DNA from: Anaeramoeba ignava BMAN
Taxonomy: Eukaryota; Protista; Anaeramoebae
NCBI GenBank assembly: GCA_028826165.1
Contig: JAPDFW010000053.1
Span: 434,001 to 498,000 of the forward strand
Direction: 5' to 3'
Length of the DNA: 64,000 nucleotides
Shown here in pieces: positions 26,972 to 40,020 of this stretch. Within the stretch, counting starts at the first letter, position 1, and each line of letters opens with the position of its first letter. The notes beneath the pieces were generated by a model. It was given only the letters and a program-made list of their open reading frames with translations. It did not search any database and was not told the origin of the DNA. The position numbers and the translations under genes are program-made.

Positions 26972-28964
26972 ATGGAAGAAAAAGTAATAAAAACTTTAAA
27001 TTTAAAAAAACAAAAAATTTTTTATAAAATTATTAATTTCAAAAAATAAAATAAAATAAAAATAAAATAAAATAAAATAAAATAAAAGGATAAAAACCTT
27101 GAAAATGCAATTAGACAACAAGATATTAAATCTATAAGAAAAATTATTAAAGAAGGAGCAAATGTTAATTTTGAAAATGAAGTAAAAAAAAATAACAATT
27201 TTAAACAACAATTTTAAATAACAATTTTAAATAACAAATTTAAATAATAATTTTAAATAACAATTTTAAAAAACAGGATGTAAAATTAATAATAAATAAT
27301 ATAATAGTTAATTTATTATTAATTATTTATTTAGGGATGGAGTCCATTTTTAATGGCTGTTGAAATTGGAAATTTAGAAATTATGAAAATATTAGCACAT
27401 TATGGAGCTAATGTTAATCATAGAAATAATGTAAAATATATATATAATAAAAGTTTTTTTTAAATTCATTTTAAAAATTTAAAAATTTAAAAATTTAAAA
27501 AAGAATGTAATTTTATTTTTAAAGATTTAAAAATTTAAATTCAAATTCAAATTCAAATTAAAAAATATAAAGAGTTCAAATGCATTATATATTGCAAGTC
27601 AAATTGTTCAATATTTAATTTCTCATAAAGCAAATCAAATATTCAAAATAAAGTAATCTTAATATTTTTAATATAATTAAATAATTAAAACAATTCCTTT
27701 TTTTTGATTTATTGATTAAACAGAAATTAATTATATTTTATATTTATATTTATATTTATATTTATATTTATATTTATATTTATATTTATATTTACAATTA
27801 TATCGATATTTATATTTATATTTATATTTATATTTATATTTATATTTATATTTATATTTATATTTATAATTAAATACATATTTATAATTATATTTATATT
27901 TATATTTATATTTATATTTATATTTATATTTATATTTATATTTATATTTATATTTATATTTATATTTATATTTATATTTATATTTATATTTATATTTATA
28001 TTTATATTTATATTTATTTAAAATTAAGGGAGCAACACCTTTATTAATAGCAGCACAAGAAGGTCATTTAGGTGTTGTAAAAGAATTATTAAAGAATAAA
28101 GCTGATCCAAATATTCCTGATGCAGTAATTATTTGAAATTAATCAAAATAATTTTTTTTTTGATTCCATTTATTTTTAATCTTAATTTAATTTAGATTGT
28201 AAATTATTTATTATTAAAAATTTAAATTTAAAATTTAAAATTTAAAATTAAAAATTCATTTAGGAAGTAATAAATAAAATTAAATCTCTAAACAATATAT
28301 ATATATATATAAATGTAAATAAACTTCATTTTTAATTTTAAATTTTAATTTTTTATTTTAAATAGAAAGATACACCACTTCATTATGCTTGTTCTAAAGA
28401 TCATTATGAAATTGTTATAAAATTAATTAAACATAAAGCAAATTTAAATGCACAAGATAAAGTAGAAATCATTAAAAATAATATTTTTATTATTTTTTTA
28501 AATTTCAAATCTATTTATTTAGTTTGTAAATTATTAAAAAATTAAATTAAATTAAATTAAATTAAATTAAATTAAATTAAATTAAAATTAAATTAAATTA
28601 AATATTATTTAAAGGGAGATGCACCAATTATGCTTGCTGCTGAAAAAGGAAGTTTAAGAATTGTGAAACTATTATTAGATGCTGGTGCTTCAATATTAAA
28701 AAAAAATCGAGTAAACAAAATAATTCAAAAATTATTTTATTAATAAATTCATTATTTATTTATTTATTAAAAAGGATGTAATAAATTTATATTCATTTTT
28801 ATTTTTATATTTATTTTTATATTTATTATTTATTTTATTGATTTATTAATTAGAATTTATCAGTATTTGATTTAGCAGCAAATGATGAAATTAAAGAATT
28901 ATTAAAATCTCAACTTAAGAAAACAAAACCAGGATTATTTAAAAAATGTTTTTCAGATAAATAA
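26972..28964 (+). CDS. Ankyrin-repeat protein built from 96-nt repeat exons alternating with 3-nt microexons
   Basis: Exons 26972-26983, 27089-27181, 27277-27279(GAT), 27335-27430, 27504-27506(AAT), [27573-27652 damaged], 28029-28124, 28196-28198(ATT), 28264-28266(GAA), 28366-28461, 28523-28525(TTT), 28615-28710, 28775-28777(GAT), 28854-28964. Repeats begin [30 protein letters not shown] and [12 protein letters not shown]. Confidence 0.9.
27733..28015. repeat. (TATATT)n microsatellite in an ankyrin gene intron
   Basis: Direct hexamer tandem. Confidence 0.95.
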
Positions 28965-29189
28965 TTAAATTTATTTCAAAAAAATTTATTTCAAAAAATT
29001 TTGTGAAATAATTTTTCACTCATTTTGGATTGAATAAAATTAAATCAAAATTTTTCTTTTATTTTTTAATTTTATTTTTTGATTTGTTTTGTTAATGGAA
29101 AAAAAAATTGATTTTTAAAAAAAAAAATGAAAAAAAAAAGAAAAAAAAAAAGTGGAATGAGTTAATTAATGAATGAATTAATTAATTAA

Positions 29190-31897
29190 TTAATTAGAAT
29201 CATCACTTTGTTCTTGTTCTTGTTCATCATTATCATTATCATTATCATTATCATCCTCATTCTCTACAACTTCCTTTTCGTCTTCATCATCACTTCCAGC
29301 ATAAATCACATCTAGAATATTTGATAAAGTTTCATTTTCTTGATTTTCTAAACAAAGTTCTTCAATTTTCTTTAATTTTTCAAAATAGAAATCTCTTTCT
29401 TTCTCAATTCCTTCTGCAATTTCTTTAGATTGTTCTAGTAAATTACTTAATTCTTCTTTTTGTTGTTCCAAAAGTTCTAAATCATTTTACATTTAAATTT
29501 TGATTTTAATTTTGATTTTTGATTTTAATTTTAATTTTAATTTTAATTTTAATTTTAATTTTAATTTTAATTTTAATTTTAATTTTAATTTTAATTTTAA
29601 TTTTAAATTTTAATTTTAATTTTAATTTTAATTTTAATTTTAATTTTGATTTTAATTTTAATTTTAATTTTAATTTTAATTTTAATTTTAATTTTAATTT
29701 TAATTTTAATTTTAATTTTAATTTTGATTTTAAATTTTGATTTGATTTTGATTTTGATTTTGATTTTAATTTTAATTTTGATTTTAATTTTATATTTAAA
29801 TTTTAATTTTGATTTTAATTTTAATTTTGATTTTAAATTTGATTTTGATTTTAATTTTAATTTTAATTTTAATTTTAATTTTAATTTTAATTTTAATTTT
29901 AATTTTATTTTTAATTTTAATTTTACATTTAAATTTTAATTTTAATTTTAATTTTAAATTTAATTTTGATTATAAATTAATTTTGAATTTAATTTTAATT
30001 TTAATTTTAATTTTAATTTTAATTTTAATTTTAATTTTAATTTTAATTTTAATTTTAAATTTTAATTTTGATTTTGATTTTAATTTTAATTTAAATTTTG
30101 ATTTTGATTTTGATTTTAATTTTAATTTTGATTTTAATTTTAATTTTAATTTTAATTTTGATTTTATAAATTAATTTCAATTTTAATTTTATATTTAAAA
30201 AACCTTTTTCTTTATCAATTTGAGAAGTATCACCAGAAGTTTTAGTAATTTTTTTAACAATTTTTTTAGTATTTTTTGAGGGATTTAAATTTGTTTTTGA
30301 AGTTTTTGAAGTAGGAGTAGTTGTAGAAGTTGTTTTCTTTTTTGGAGTAGGTTTTGTTTGACGTCTAACAATTTTTTGAGTTGTTTTAGTTTTTGTTGTA
30401 CTTGTTCTTGGAGTATTTTTTTGAGGAGTTGGTGATTTAACTGTGATTCCTGATTCTTTTCTTCTTGAAACTGCATCATATTCATCTTCGCTTTGATTGT
30501 TTAATTCATACCATCTTTTCATCCATTGAAGAAATTCTAAATTATCTTGATAGCTTCCTTTCATAAGTTTAGTTGCATCTGCAGACTTTTTTTCAATTTT
30601 GATTTTAATTTTGATTTTAATTTTAATTTTAATTTTAATTTTAAATTTAATTTTAATTTTAATTTTAATTTCGATTTTAAATTTTAATTTTAATTTTAAT
30701 TTTAAATTTAATTTTAATTTTAATATTAATTTTGATTTTAATTTTAATTTTAATTTTAATTTTATTTTTTATTTTAATTTTATAAATGAATTTTAATTTT
30801 AATTTTAATTTTAATTTTGATTTTAATTTTAATTTTATTTTTTATTTTAATTTTATAAATGAATTTTAATTTTAATTTTAATTTTAATTTTGATTTTAAT
30901 TTTAATTTTAATTTTAATTTTAATTTTAATTTTAATTTTAATTTTAATTTTAATTTTGATTTTAATTTAAATTTTTGATTTTAATTTTAATTTTAATTTT
31001 AATTTTAATTTTAATTTTAATTTTAATTTTAATTTTAATTTTAATTTTAATTTTAATTTTAATTTTAATTTAAATTTTAATTTTAATTTAATTTTAATTT
31101 TAATTTTTAATTTTAATTTTAATTTTAATTTTAATTTTAATTTTTAATTTTAATTTTAATTTTAATTTTGAATTTAATTTTAATTTTAATTTTAATTTTA
31201 ATTTTTAATTTTAATTTTTAATTTTGAATTTTGATTTTGATTTTAATTTTAAATTTTGATTTTAATTTTAATTTTTAAATTTAATTTAAATTCAATTTTA
31301 ATTTTAATTTTAATATTAATTTTAATTTTATAAATGAATTTTAATTTTAATTTTAATTTTAAATTTTGATTTTAATTTTAATTTTAATTTTAATATTAAT
31401 TTTAATTTTAATTTTATAAATGAATTTATTTTTGATTTTGATTTTATAAATGAATTTTAATTTTAATTGATTTTGAAAGGAAAATAAATACAAATTCAAC
31501 TCTAAGTTTTTGAAAAGCACTTTGTAAAATTTTATAATTTTGAGTGTATTCATATTCAAATTTAGTATCAAATTTAACTTGATGAAGAGCAACTTTTCCA
31601 GGAAAACAAGCATCAACAATTTGACAATAAGCAGCACCTTTTAAAAAGAAGAATAAAAAGAAAGAAAAAATAAAGAAAATGAAGAATATTTTATATATTA
31701 AAAAAAATACCAGTTTTGCATTCTTCAATTTTTGTATAATCTAATTTTAATAAATTATTTAACCAAGATAAAAGTTCTTTTCTTCCAATAAAAAAAGCTC
31801 CATCCATCATTCCTAAATAAATAAATAATTAAATAAATATTTGTTTATATTTTTTAATATTAATATTAATATTTTTACCAATTGATGTGTTCGCCAT
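29190..31897 (-). CDS. EB1: Microtubule end-binding protein EB1, 5 exons
   Basis: Exons 31897-31879, 31812-31711, 31637-31492, 30585-30204, 29476-29190. CH domain GRKELLSWLN..GAAYCQI..QDNLEFLQW and EBH motif EKERDFYFEKL. Introns 3 and 4 are (TTTTAA)n-filled. Confidence 0.95.
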
Positions 31898-32098
31898 TTT
31901 TAATTAAAAAAAATAAATGAAAAAAATGAAAAAATGAAAAAATGAAAAAATGAAAAAAATTCTTTTCTTTTCTTTTTTTGGTTTTTTTAATTTGAATTAA
32001 AATTTTGATTTTTGATTAAAAAAAGAAAAGAAAAGAAAAATTTCAAATTTCAAATTTTTGATTTGATTTTTTGATTAAAAAATTAAAAAATCAAAAAA

Positions 32099-35000
32099 TT
32101 AACGAGAGAAAACTTCTTCAGTCCAAGTATGATAATCATAACCATCTTCAACTTGCGGAGCAGTTTTGAAAATATATTCAATATCCTGGTCTTCCATAAC
32201 CAATTCCATGAGATCTTTCTTAGCAACTTTGAAACCACGATTAATTAAAATGAATCCATTAATGATTTCATCTTTAGTATCAGTATCACCAAAAAGAACA
32301 ATCATGAAATCTTTGAAACGCTCATAAGAAATATCTTTTCCATCACCATATTCCTCCATGATTTTATTGATCTCCTTAGGGGTTCTCTCTTCTCCAAGAG
32401 AATATAAACATGCCATCAACTCTTTTCTATCAATTGTACCTGAATTGTCAAAATCAAATTGTTTGAAATTCTCTTCAATTTCTTGCATTTGTTCTTCAGT
32501 GATCCCGCGCAGTTTTTGATGCTCAATTTCCTCCTCAAGCATTTTCTTCTTGCGGTTCAAAAACGACTCATATTGTTCCCATTGAACAATTAGATCCTTA
32601 AGTGTCAAAGTTGTGTGTCTGTTATTTTGGATTCCTGCTTTATCCATTTTCTCTTGAAGATCCTTCAGTGGATCCAATTTTTTCTTCTCTTCTGGAAGTT
32701 GTTTGATGCAATTATTAATAAACTCCAATTGCTTTTCAAGTGATTCTTTTGAAGCCGTTATTCCGTCTTTTTGTTCAGTAATCCATTTAGAAAATGGATC
32801 AGCCAATCCGGCAAATTTTCTGCATAGTTCGTCATTATCTCTTTGTCTTTTGAGCTCAATTTCATAAGCTTTGATTCTTTCTGAAAGTGCTTCTTTTAAT
32901 GATGCAAATGATTTCTCAACATCATCAAGTGTGAGTTTTGTATAAGGATTATCAGTTACTTGATAAACATCAAGTTCTTTTTTCACTTTTTCACATTCTG
33001 TCTTCATTTTGTTAACATTTTCCATTGTTTTCTTATCGGAATCATCAATAACTGCTCTAAATGCTTCAACTTCTTCAAGAGTGAATCCAAATTCTCTGAG
33101 ACTTGCATTTTCAGTTTCAAGTTTGACAAGAGCTGTGTATTCAGAAACAGCATTTGCAAAATCAAGTCTAAGTTTTTCTTTCTTCTTTTCCAATTGGAGT
33201 TGATCATCGAGATAAGCTTTCTTGTTTTTGGCTAAATCTGCCAATTCTTGGAATTTCTTATCCATATCATCATGTCTATCAGTAATATCTGAAAATTTAT
33301 TCTTTCCAAATGTTTTTCCTTGATATTTAGTTTCATCATAAACATATTCTGAATATTCATTTGAATATTTTTGTGCTATTGTGTTATCTCCAAATTTCTT
33401 GAAATCAACAAGATCTTTTTCTTGATATGCTTTGTATTCTTCTGCATATGAATCAAATAGATTTAGTGCTGTTGTTGCTTCAGAAACTGAATTGATTTCC
33501 TCGCATTTGTCCAAATAAGCCTTTTTGATTTCAAACCATTTAACAAGTTTTTCATGTTTGTTTTTATGTTCGTTATTCATCACTCGAACCTTTTCAATAA
33601 ATTCTTCACGTTTCAAATGATCATCAAGAATAACTTTCTTAGCATTTGCAAGTTCAAGTAATTCTTGGAATTTCTTATCCAAATCATCATGTCTATCAGT
33701 AATATCAGAGAATTGGTTTTTTCCAAATGTTTTGCCTTGATATTGAGTTTCATTGAAAATATATTCAGATAATTCTGTTGAATATTTTTGAGCCATTGTA
33801 TCTTCTCCTAATTTCTTAAATTCAACAAGAATCTTCTCTTTGTATTTTGTGTATTCATTATCATAAATATTGAATAAATTAAGTTGAGTTCTTGCTTCAG
33901 AAACTGAATTGATTTCTTCTCGTTTTTCCAAATAAGCTTTTTGATCAACAAACCATTCAACAAGTTTTTCATATTGATCTTTATGCTCATCATTCATTTG
34001 TCTAACTTTATCAATAAATTCTTCACGTTTCAAATGATCATCAAGAATAGCTTTCTTAGTATTAGCCAAATCAAGTAATTCTTGGAATTTCTTATTCATA
34101 TCATCATGTCTATCAGTAATATCAGAGAATTGGTTTTTTCCAAATGTTTTTCCTTGATATTTAGTTTCATTGAAAACATATTCAGATAATTCTGTTGAAT
34201 ATTTTTGAGCCATTGTGTTTTCTCCTAATTTCTTAAATTCAACAAGAATCTTCTCTTTGTATTTTGTGTATTCATTATCATAAATATTGAATAAATTAAG
34301 TTGGGTTCTTGCTTCAGAAACTGAATTAACTTCTTCTCGTTTTTCCAAATAAGTCTTCTTAATATTAAACCATTTAACAAGTTTTTCATATTTATCTTTG
34401 TGTTCATCATTCATTTGTCTAACATCAGCAATAAATTCTTCACGTTTCAAATGATCATCAAGAATAGCTTTCTTAGCATTTGCAAGTTCAAGTAATTCTT
34501 GGAATTTCTTATCCATATCATCATGTCTATCAGTGAAATCAGATAATTGATTTTTTCCAAATGTTTTTCCTTGATATTTAGTTTCATCGAAAACATATTC
34601 AGATAATTCTGTTGAATATTTTTGAGCCATTGTTTTTCTCCTAATTTTTGAATTCAACAAGATCGTTTTCTTTGTATTCGTTGTATTCATTAACATAAGA
34701 ATTGAAAATATCCAAATATTTTGAAGCATCAGGAATGGAATTGATTTCCTCTTTGATTTCCAAATAAGCCTTTTTGATTTCAAACCATTTAACAAGTTTT
34801 TCGTGTTTATCTTTATGCTCATCATTCATTTGTCTTACTTTTTCAATAAATTCTTCACGTTTTAAATGATCATCAAGAATAGCTTTCTTAGTATTTGCCA
34901 AATCAAGTAATTCTTGGAATTTCTTATCCATATCATCATGTCTATCAGTAATATCTGAGAATTGGTTTTTCCAAATGTTTTGCCTTGATATTGAGTTTCA

Positions 35001-38000
35001 TTGAAAACATATTCAGATAATTCTGTTGAATATTTTTGAGCCATTGTATCTTCTCCTAATTTCTTGAATTCAACAAGAATCTTCTCTTTGTATTTTGTGT
35101 ATTCATTATCATAAATATTGAATAAATTAAGTTGAGTTCTTGCTTCAGAAACTGAATTAACTTCTTCTCGTTTTTCCAAATAAGTCTTCTTAATATCGAA
35201 CCATTTAACAAGTTTTTCATGACGATCTTGATGTTCGTTATTCATTCTTCGAACATTAGCGATAAATTCTTCTCGTTTCATATGATCATCAAGAATAGCT
35301 TTCTTAACATTTGCAAGTTCAAGTAATTCTTGGAATTTCTTATTAATATCTTGATGTCTATCAGTAATATCTGAGAATTGGTTTTTTCCAAATGTTTTTC
35401 CTTGATATTGAGTTTCATTAAAAACATATTCAGATAATTCTGTTGAATATTTTTGAGCCATTGTATCTTCTCCTAATTTCTTGAATTCAACAAGATCATT
35501 TTCTTGATAATTTTTGTATTCATTATCGTAAATATTGAATAAATTAAGTTGGGTTCTTGCTTCAATAATAGAATTGATTTCTTCTCTGATATCCAAATAA
35601 GCTTTTTTATCTTCAAACCATTTAACAAGTTTTTCATATTTATCTTTATGCTCATCATTCATTTGTCTGACTTTTTCAATAAATTCTTCTCGTTTCAAAT
35701 GATCATCAAGAATAGCTTTCTTAACATTAGCCAAATCAAGTAATTCTTGGAATTTCTTATCCATATCATCATGTCTATCAGTAAGATCAGAGAATTGATT
35801 TTTTCCAAATGTTTTGCCTTGATATTGAGTTTCGTTAAAAACATATTCTGAATATTCAGTTGAATATTTTTGAGCCATTGTATCTTCTCCTAATTTCTTA
35901 AGTTCAACAAGATTTTTTTCTTGATAATTTTTGTATTCATTAACATAAGAATTGAAAATGTTTAAGTTTTTAGAACCTTCAGGAATGGAATTAATTTCCT
36001 CTTTGGTTTCCAAATAGGTCTTTTTAGTTTCAAACCATTTAACAAGTTTTTCGTGTTTATCTTTATGTTCATCATTCATTTGTCTGACTTTATCAATAAA
36101 TTCTTCACGTTTCAAATGATCATCAAGAATAAGTTTCTTAGCATTAGCCAAATCAAGTAATTCTTGGAATTTCTTATCCATATCATCATGTCTGTCAGTA
36201 ATATCAGAGAATTGATTTTTTCCAAATGTTTTGCCTTGATATTTAGTTTCATTGAAAATATATTCTGAATATTCAGTTTGATATTTTTGAGCCATTGTTT
36301 TTTCTCCTAATTTTTTAAGTTCAACAAGATTTGTGCTTTTTGTTTCGTTGTATTCAGTAGTGTAAGAATCCCAGACATTTAATTGTTGAGAAGCAGTGCT
36401 TATTGAGTTGATTTCCTCTTTGGTTTCCAAATAGGTCTTCTTAATATCAAACCATTTAACAAGTTTTTCGTGTTTATCTTTATGTTCATCATTCATTTGT
36501 CTGACTTTTTCAATAAATTGTTCGCGTTTCAAATGATCATCAAGAATAGGTCTTTTTATCTTTGACAATTTATCAAGTTCCTTAAATTTCTCATCAATAT
36601 CTTTGTCATGTTCATCAATATGCGCTTGATATTCGTATTTTTCTTGTTTTAATTCAGCTGACAGTTTTTTCAAATTAGCAACACCAGTATTAATCATAGT
36701 TTCATTTTCCTTTTCGTATTGATCAAGACGAGTTAATTGGAATTGGGCAGCAGGAACGGAATCAATTTCTTCTCTGAATTGAAGATATGCCTGTTTCTCC
36801 TTGAAATAGTCGACGAGTTTATTGTATCTTGATTCATGTTGTTTTGAAATATTAACGAGTTTTAATTGTCGATTTAATTCAGCATGAAGAGCAACTTTTC
36901 TTTCTTGTTCACACTCCTCCAAATGCAGCATGTCCTGGGCAACATCTTTCAGGGAACAACCTTGTTCGGGTTTAAATTCGGGACGCTTGTGATGAGCGAG
37001 TCTCATTGCCAAATTATTGTAGTTCGACTCAAGATCCAATTGATTTGCAATAAGAGTATTTTTGTCATTTGCTTTGTATTCATAAAATTGCTCTAAACGA
37101 TGCTTAGCTCCAGCCATTGTGTTGTCGATTGTTCTGTCCTCAAGAATCTTCTCAACCTTCTTCAGCGTTTCTTTGAAGTTCTTGGCTGTCTTATTGTATT
37201 CTGCTTTAAGCCTGTCATTTTCCTTTGTCAAATTAATTAATTTCTTAATTCTTCTAGCTGCCAAATCAAGTTTTCTTTGTTCCGCAATTCCGTAGTAATA
37301 TTCACTGACATAAACAACCATTGAGTTCTCATCAAGTTTTCTAATCTCATCAGGTGTGATATATTTTTCCAGAGCAAAATACTTTTCAGCAGCATCCTGA
37401 GCGACCTGTAAGGTTTTGATAGGATCACTTGAATTCAAACTATCGAAATCAATTAATTTTGGACGATGTTTGTGGATGATTGCACAGAGAGCCAATCCGT
37501 CAGCAAAACTCTTCTTGAAGTCAGTAACTTCGACACCTTTATATCCTGCGGTTTTGTTTTTGCACCACATCATAAGTGCATCCTTTGCATTTAAAGCTTC
37601 TCCGCCTGATCCATCGTCAATCTTAATGAATTTCATCATGATTCCCCAAGTCAAAGCTAATGCTGCCTTTTGATCACCTTTTTCTAACTGTTCTGCTGAT
37701 GGTTTCACTTTCATATCAACTCCTTTACTCCATGCGAATTTCAATGCGTTGTTTAAATTATCAATTCGATGAACTGACATTTTTGGTCTTTGATTGTATT
37801 TTCCTTCAAATTTTGATTCACTTAAAACTTCAATTAAATTCAATAAAACAATTCCATCTTTGTAATCATCTACTATATCATTTACTTGAATTTCTGGTCT
37901 AGTTCTTAATAATTTTTGTTTAACCCATCTTGAGAAAATTTTTCTTTGTAATCTAACCCATTCTTGACTTTTTGGTCCAGTAGTTCTTCCAGTTCTTGAC

Positions 38001-38002
38001 AT
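32099..38002 (-). CDS. Giant alpha-actinin-like protein (~1970 aa): 2 CH domains, expanded rod, EF hands; two single-base frameshifts
   Basis: QRKIFSRWV and FADGLALCAIIH actin-binding domain; C-terminal FDFDNSGTID EF hand. Eight 417-bp repeats. The frameshifts at ~34966 and ~34648 are 1-nt deletions relative to sister repeats. Confidence 0.9.
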
Positions 38003-38149
38003 TTTTTAATTTAAAATTCAAATTAAATTAAATTTCAATTAAATTAAATTGAAAAAAAATGAAAAAAATTAAAATAAAAAAATTTTTTTTTTGCTTTTTT
38101 TTTTTTTTATTTAAAATTTTTTGCCTTCCTTTTATTAATTTAAATTAAA

Positions 38150-40020
38150 AATAAATATTCGAACTTTCAATTTTTAATTTAATATTAAATATAAATTTAA
38201 ATTAATATTTTTATCCGATTTTCTTTTTTAATTAATTTCAATATAAATTCAATATAATTTCTAAATAATTTTCTAAATAAATTTCTAAATAATTTCAATA
38301 TAATTTAAATATTTAAACTTTCAATTTTTAATTTAATATTTTTATCCGATTTTCTTTTCTAATTAGTTTCAAATATAAATTTAAATTAAAATTTCATTAT
38401 AAATTTCTAAATAATTTCAATATAATTTAAATATTTAAACTTTCAATTTTTAATTTAATATTAAATATAAATTTAAATTAATATTTTTATCCGATTTTCT
38501 TTTTAATTAGTTTCAATATAAATTAAATATAATTTCAATATAATTTTCTAAATATAATTTCAATATAAATTTAAATATTTAAACTTTCAATTTTTAATTT
38601 AATATCAAATATAAATTTAAATTAATATTTTTATCCGATTTTCTTTTCTAATTAATTTAAATATAAATTAAATATAAATTCAATATAAATTTCAATATAA
38701 ATTTCTAAATAGTTTCATTATAAATTTCAATATAAATTAAAATAATTTCAATATAAATTTAAATATTTAAACTTTCAATTTTTAATTTAATATTAAATAT
38801 AAATTTAAATTATTTTTATCCGATTTTCTTTTCTAATTAATTTCAATATAAATTCAATATAATTTCTAAATAATTTAAAAATAAATTTCATTATAATTTC
38901 AATATAATTTAAATATTTAAACTTTCAATTTTTAATTTAATATTAAATATAAATTTAAATTAATATTTTTATCCGATTTTCTTTTTAATTAATTTCAATA
39001 TAAATTCAATATAATTTCTAAATAATTTTCTAAATAAATTTCAATTTAATTTCAATATAAATTTAAATATTCAAACTTTCAATTTTTAATTTAATATTAA
39101 ATATAAATTTAAATTTAATATTTTTATCCGATTTTCTTTTCTAATTAATTTCAATATAAATTCAATATAATTTAAATATAAATTTCAATATAATTTCAAT
39201 ATAATTTAAATATTTAAACTTTCAATTTTTAATTTAATATTTTTATCCGATTTTCTTTTTCTAATTAATTTCAATATAAATTAAATATAAATTTCTAAAT
39301 AATTTTCAATATAAATTTAAATATTTAAACTTTTAAATATTAAATATAAATTTAAATTATTTTTATCCGATTTTCTTTTCTAATTAATTTCAATATAAAT
39401 TCAATATAATTTCTAAATAATTTTCTAAATAAATTTCATTATAATTTCAATATAATTTAAATATTTAAACTTTCAATTTTTAATTTAATATTAAATATAA
39501 ATTTTAAATTAATATTTTTATCCGATTTTCTTTTTAATTAATTTCAATATAAATTCAATATAATTTCTAAATAATTTTCTAAATAAATTTCAATTTAATT
39601 TCAATATAAATTCCAATATTTAAACTTTCAATTTTTAATTTAATATTAAATATAAATTTCTAATTAATATTTTTATCCGATTTTCTTTTCTAATTTAAAT
39701 ATTCAATATAAATTAAATATAAATTTCTAATATAAATTTCAATTAATTTTCTAAATAAATTTAAATATAATTTCAATATAATTTAAATATTTAAACTTTC
39801 AATTTTTAATTTAATATTAAATATAAATTTAAATTAATATTTTTATCCGATTTTCTTTTTTAATTAATTTCAATATAAATTCAATATAATTTTCATTATA
39901 AATTTCTAATTAATTTTCTAAATAAATTTCAATATAATTTAAATATTTAAACTTTCAATTTTAAATATAAATAATTTAAATATAAATTAAATATAAATTT
40001 CTAAATAAATTTCATTATAA
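38150..40020. repeat. ~148-bp average minisatellite, 12 copies, core TTTTATCCGATTTTCTTTT
   Basis: Core at 38214, 38345, 38490, 38634, 38819, 38972, 39127, 39246, 39366, 39521, 39676 and 39846. Confidence 0.95.

Noticed and set aside
34640-34970. Programmed frameshifting or pseudogenisation in actinin and other genes
   Set aside because: The 1-nt deletions lie in or next to homopolymers, are absent from sister repeats and are scattered through conserved genes, so consensus error is the simplest explanation.
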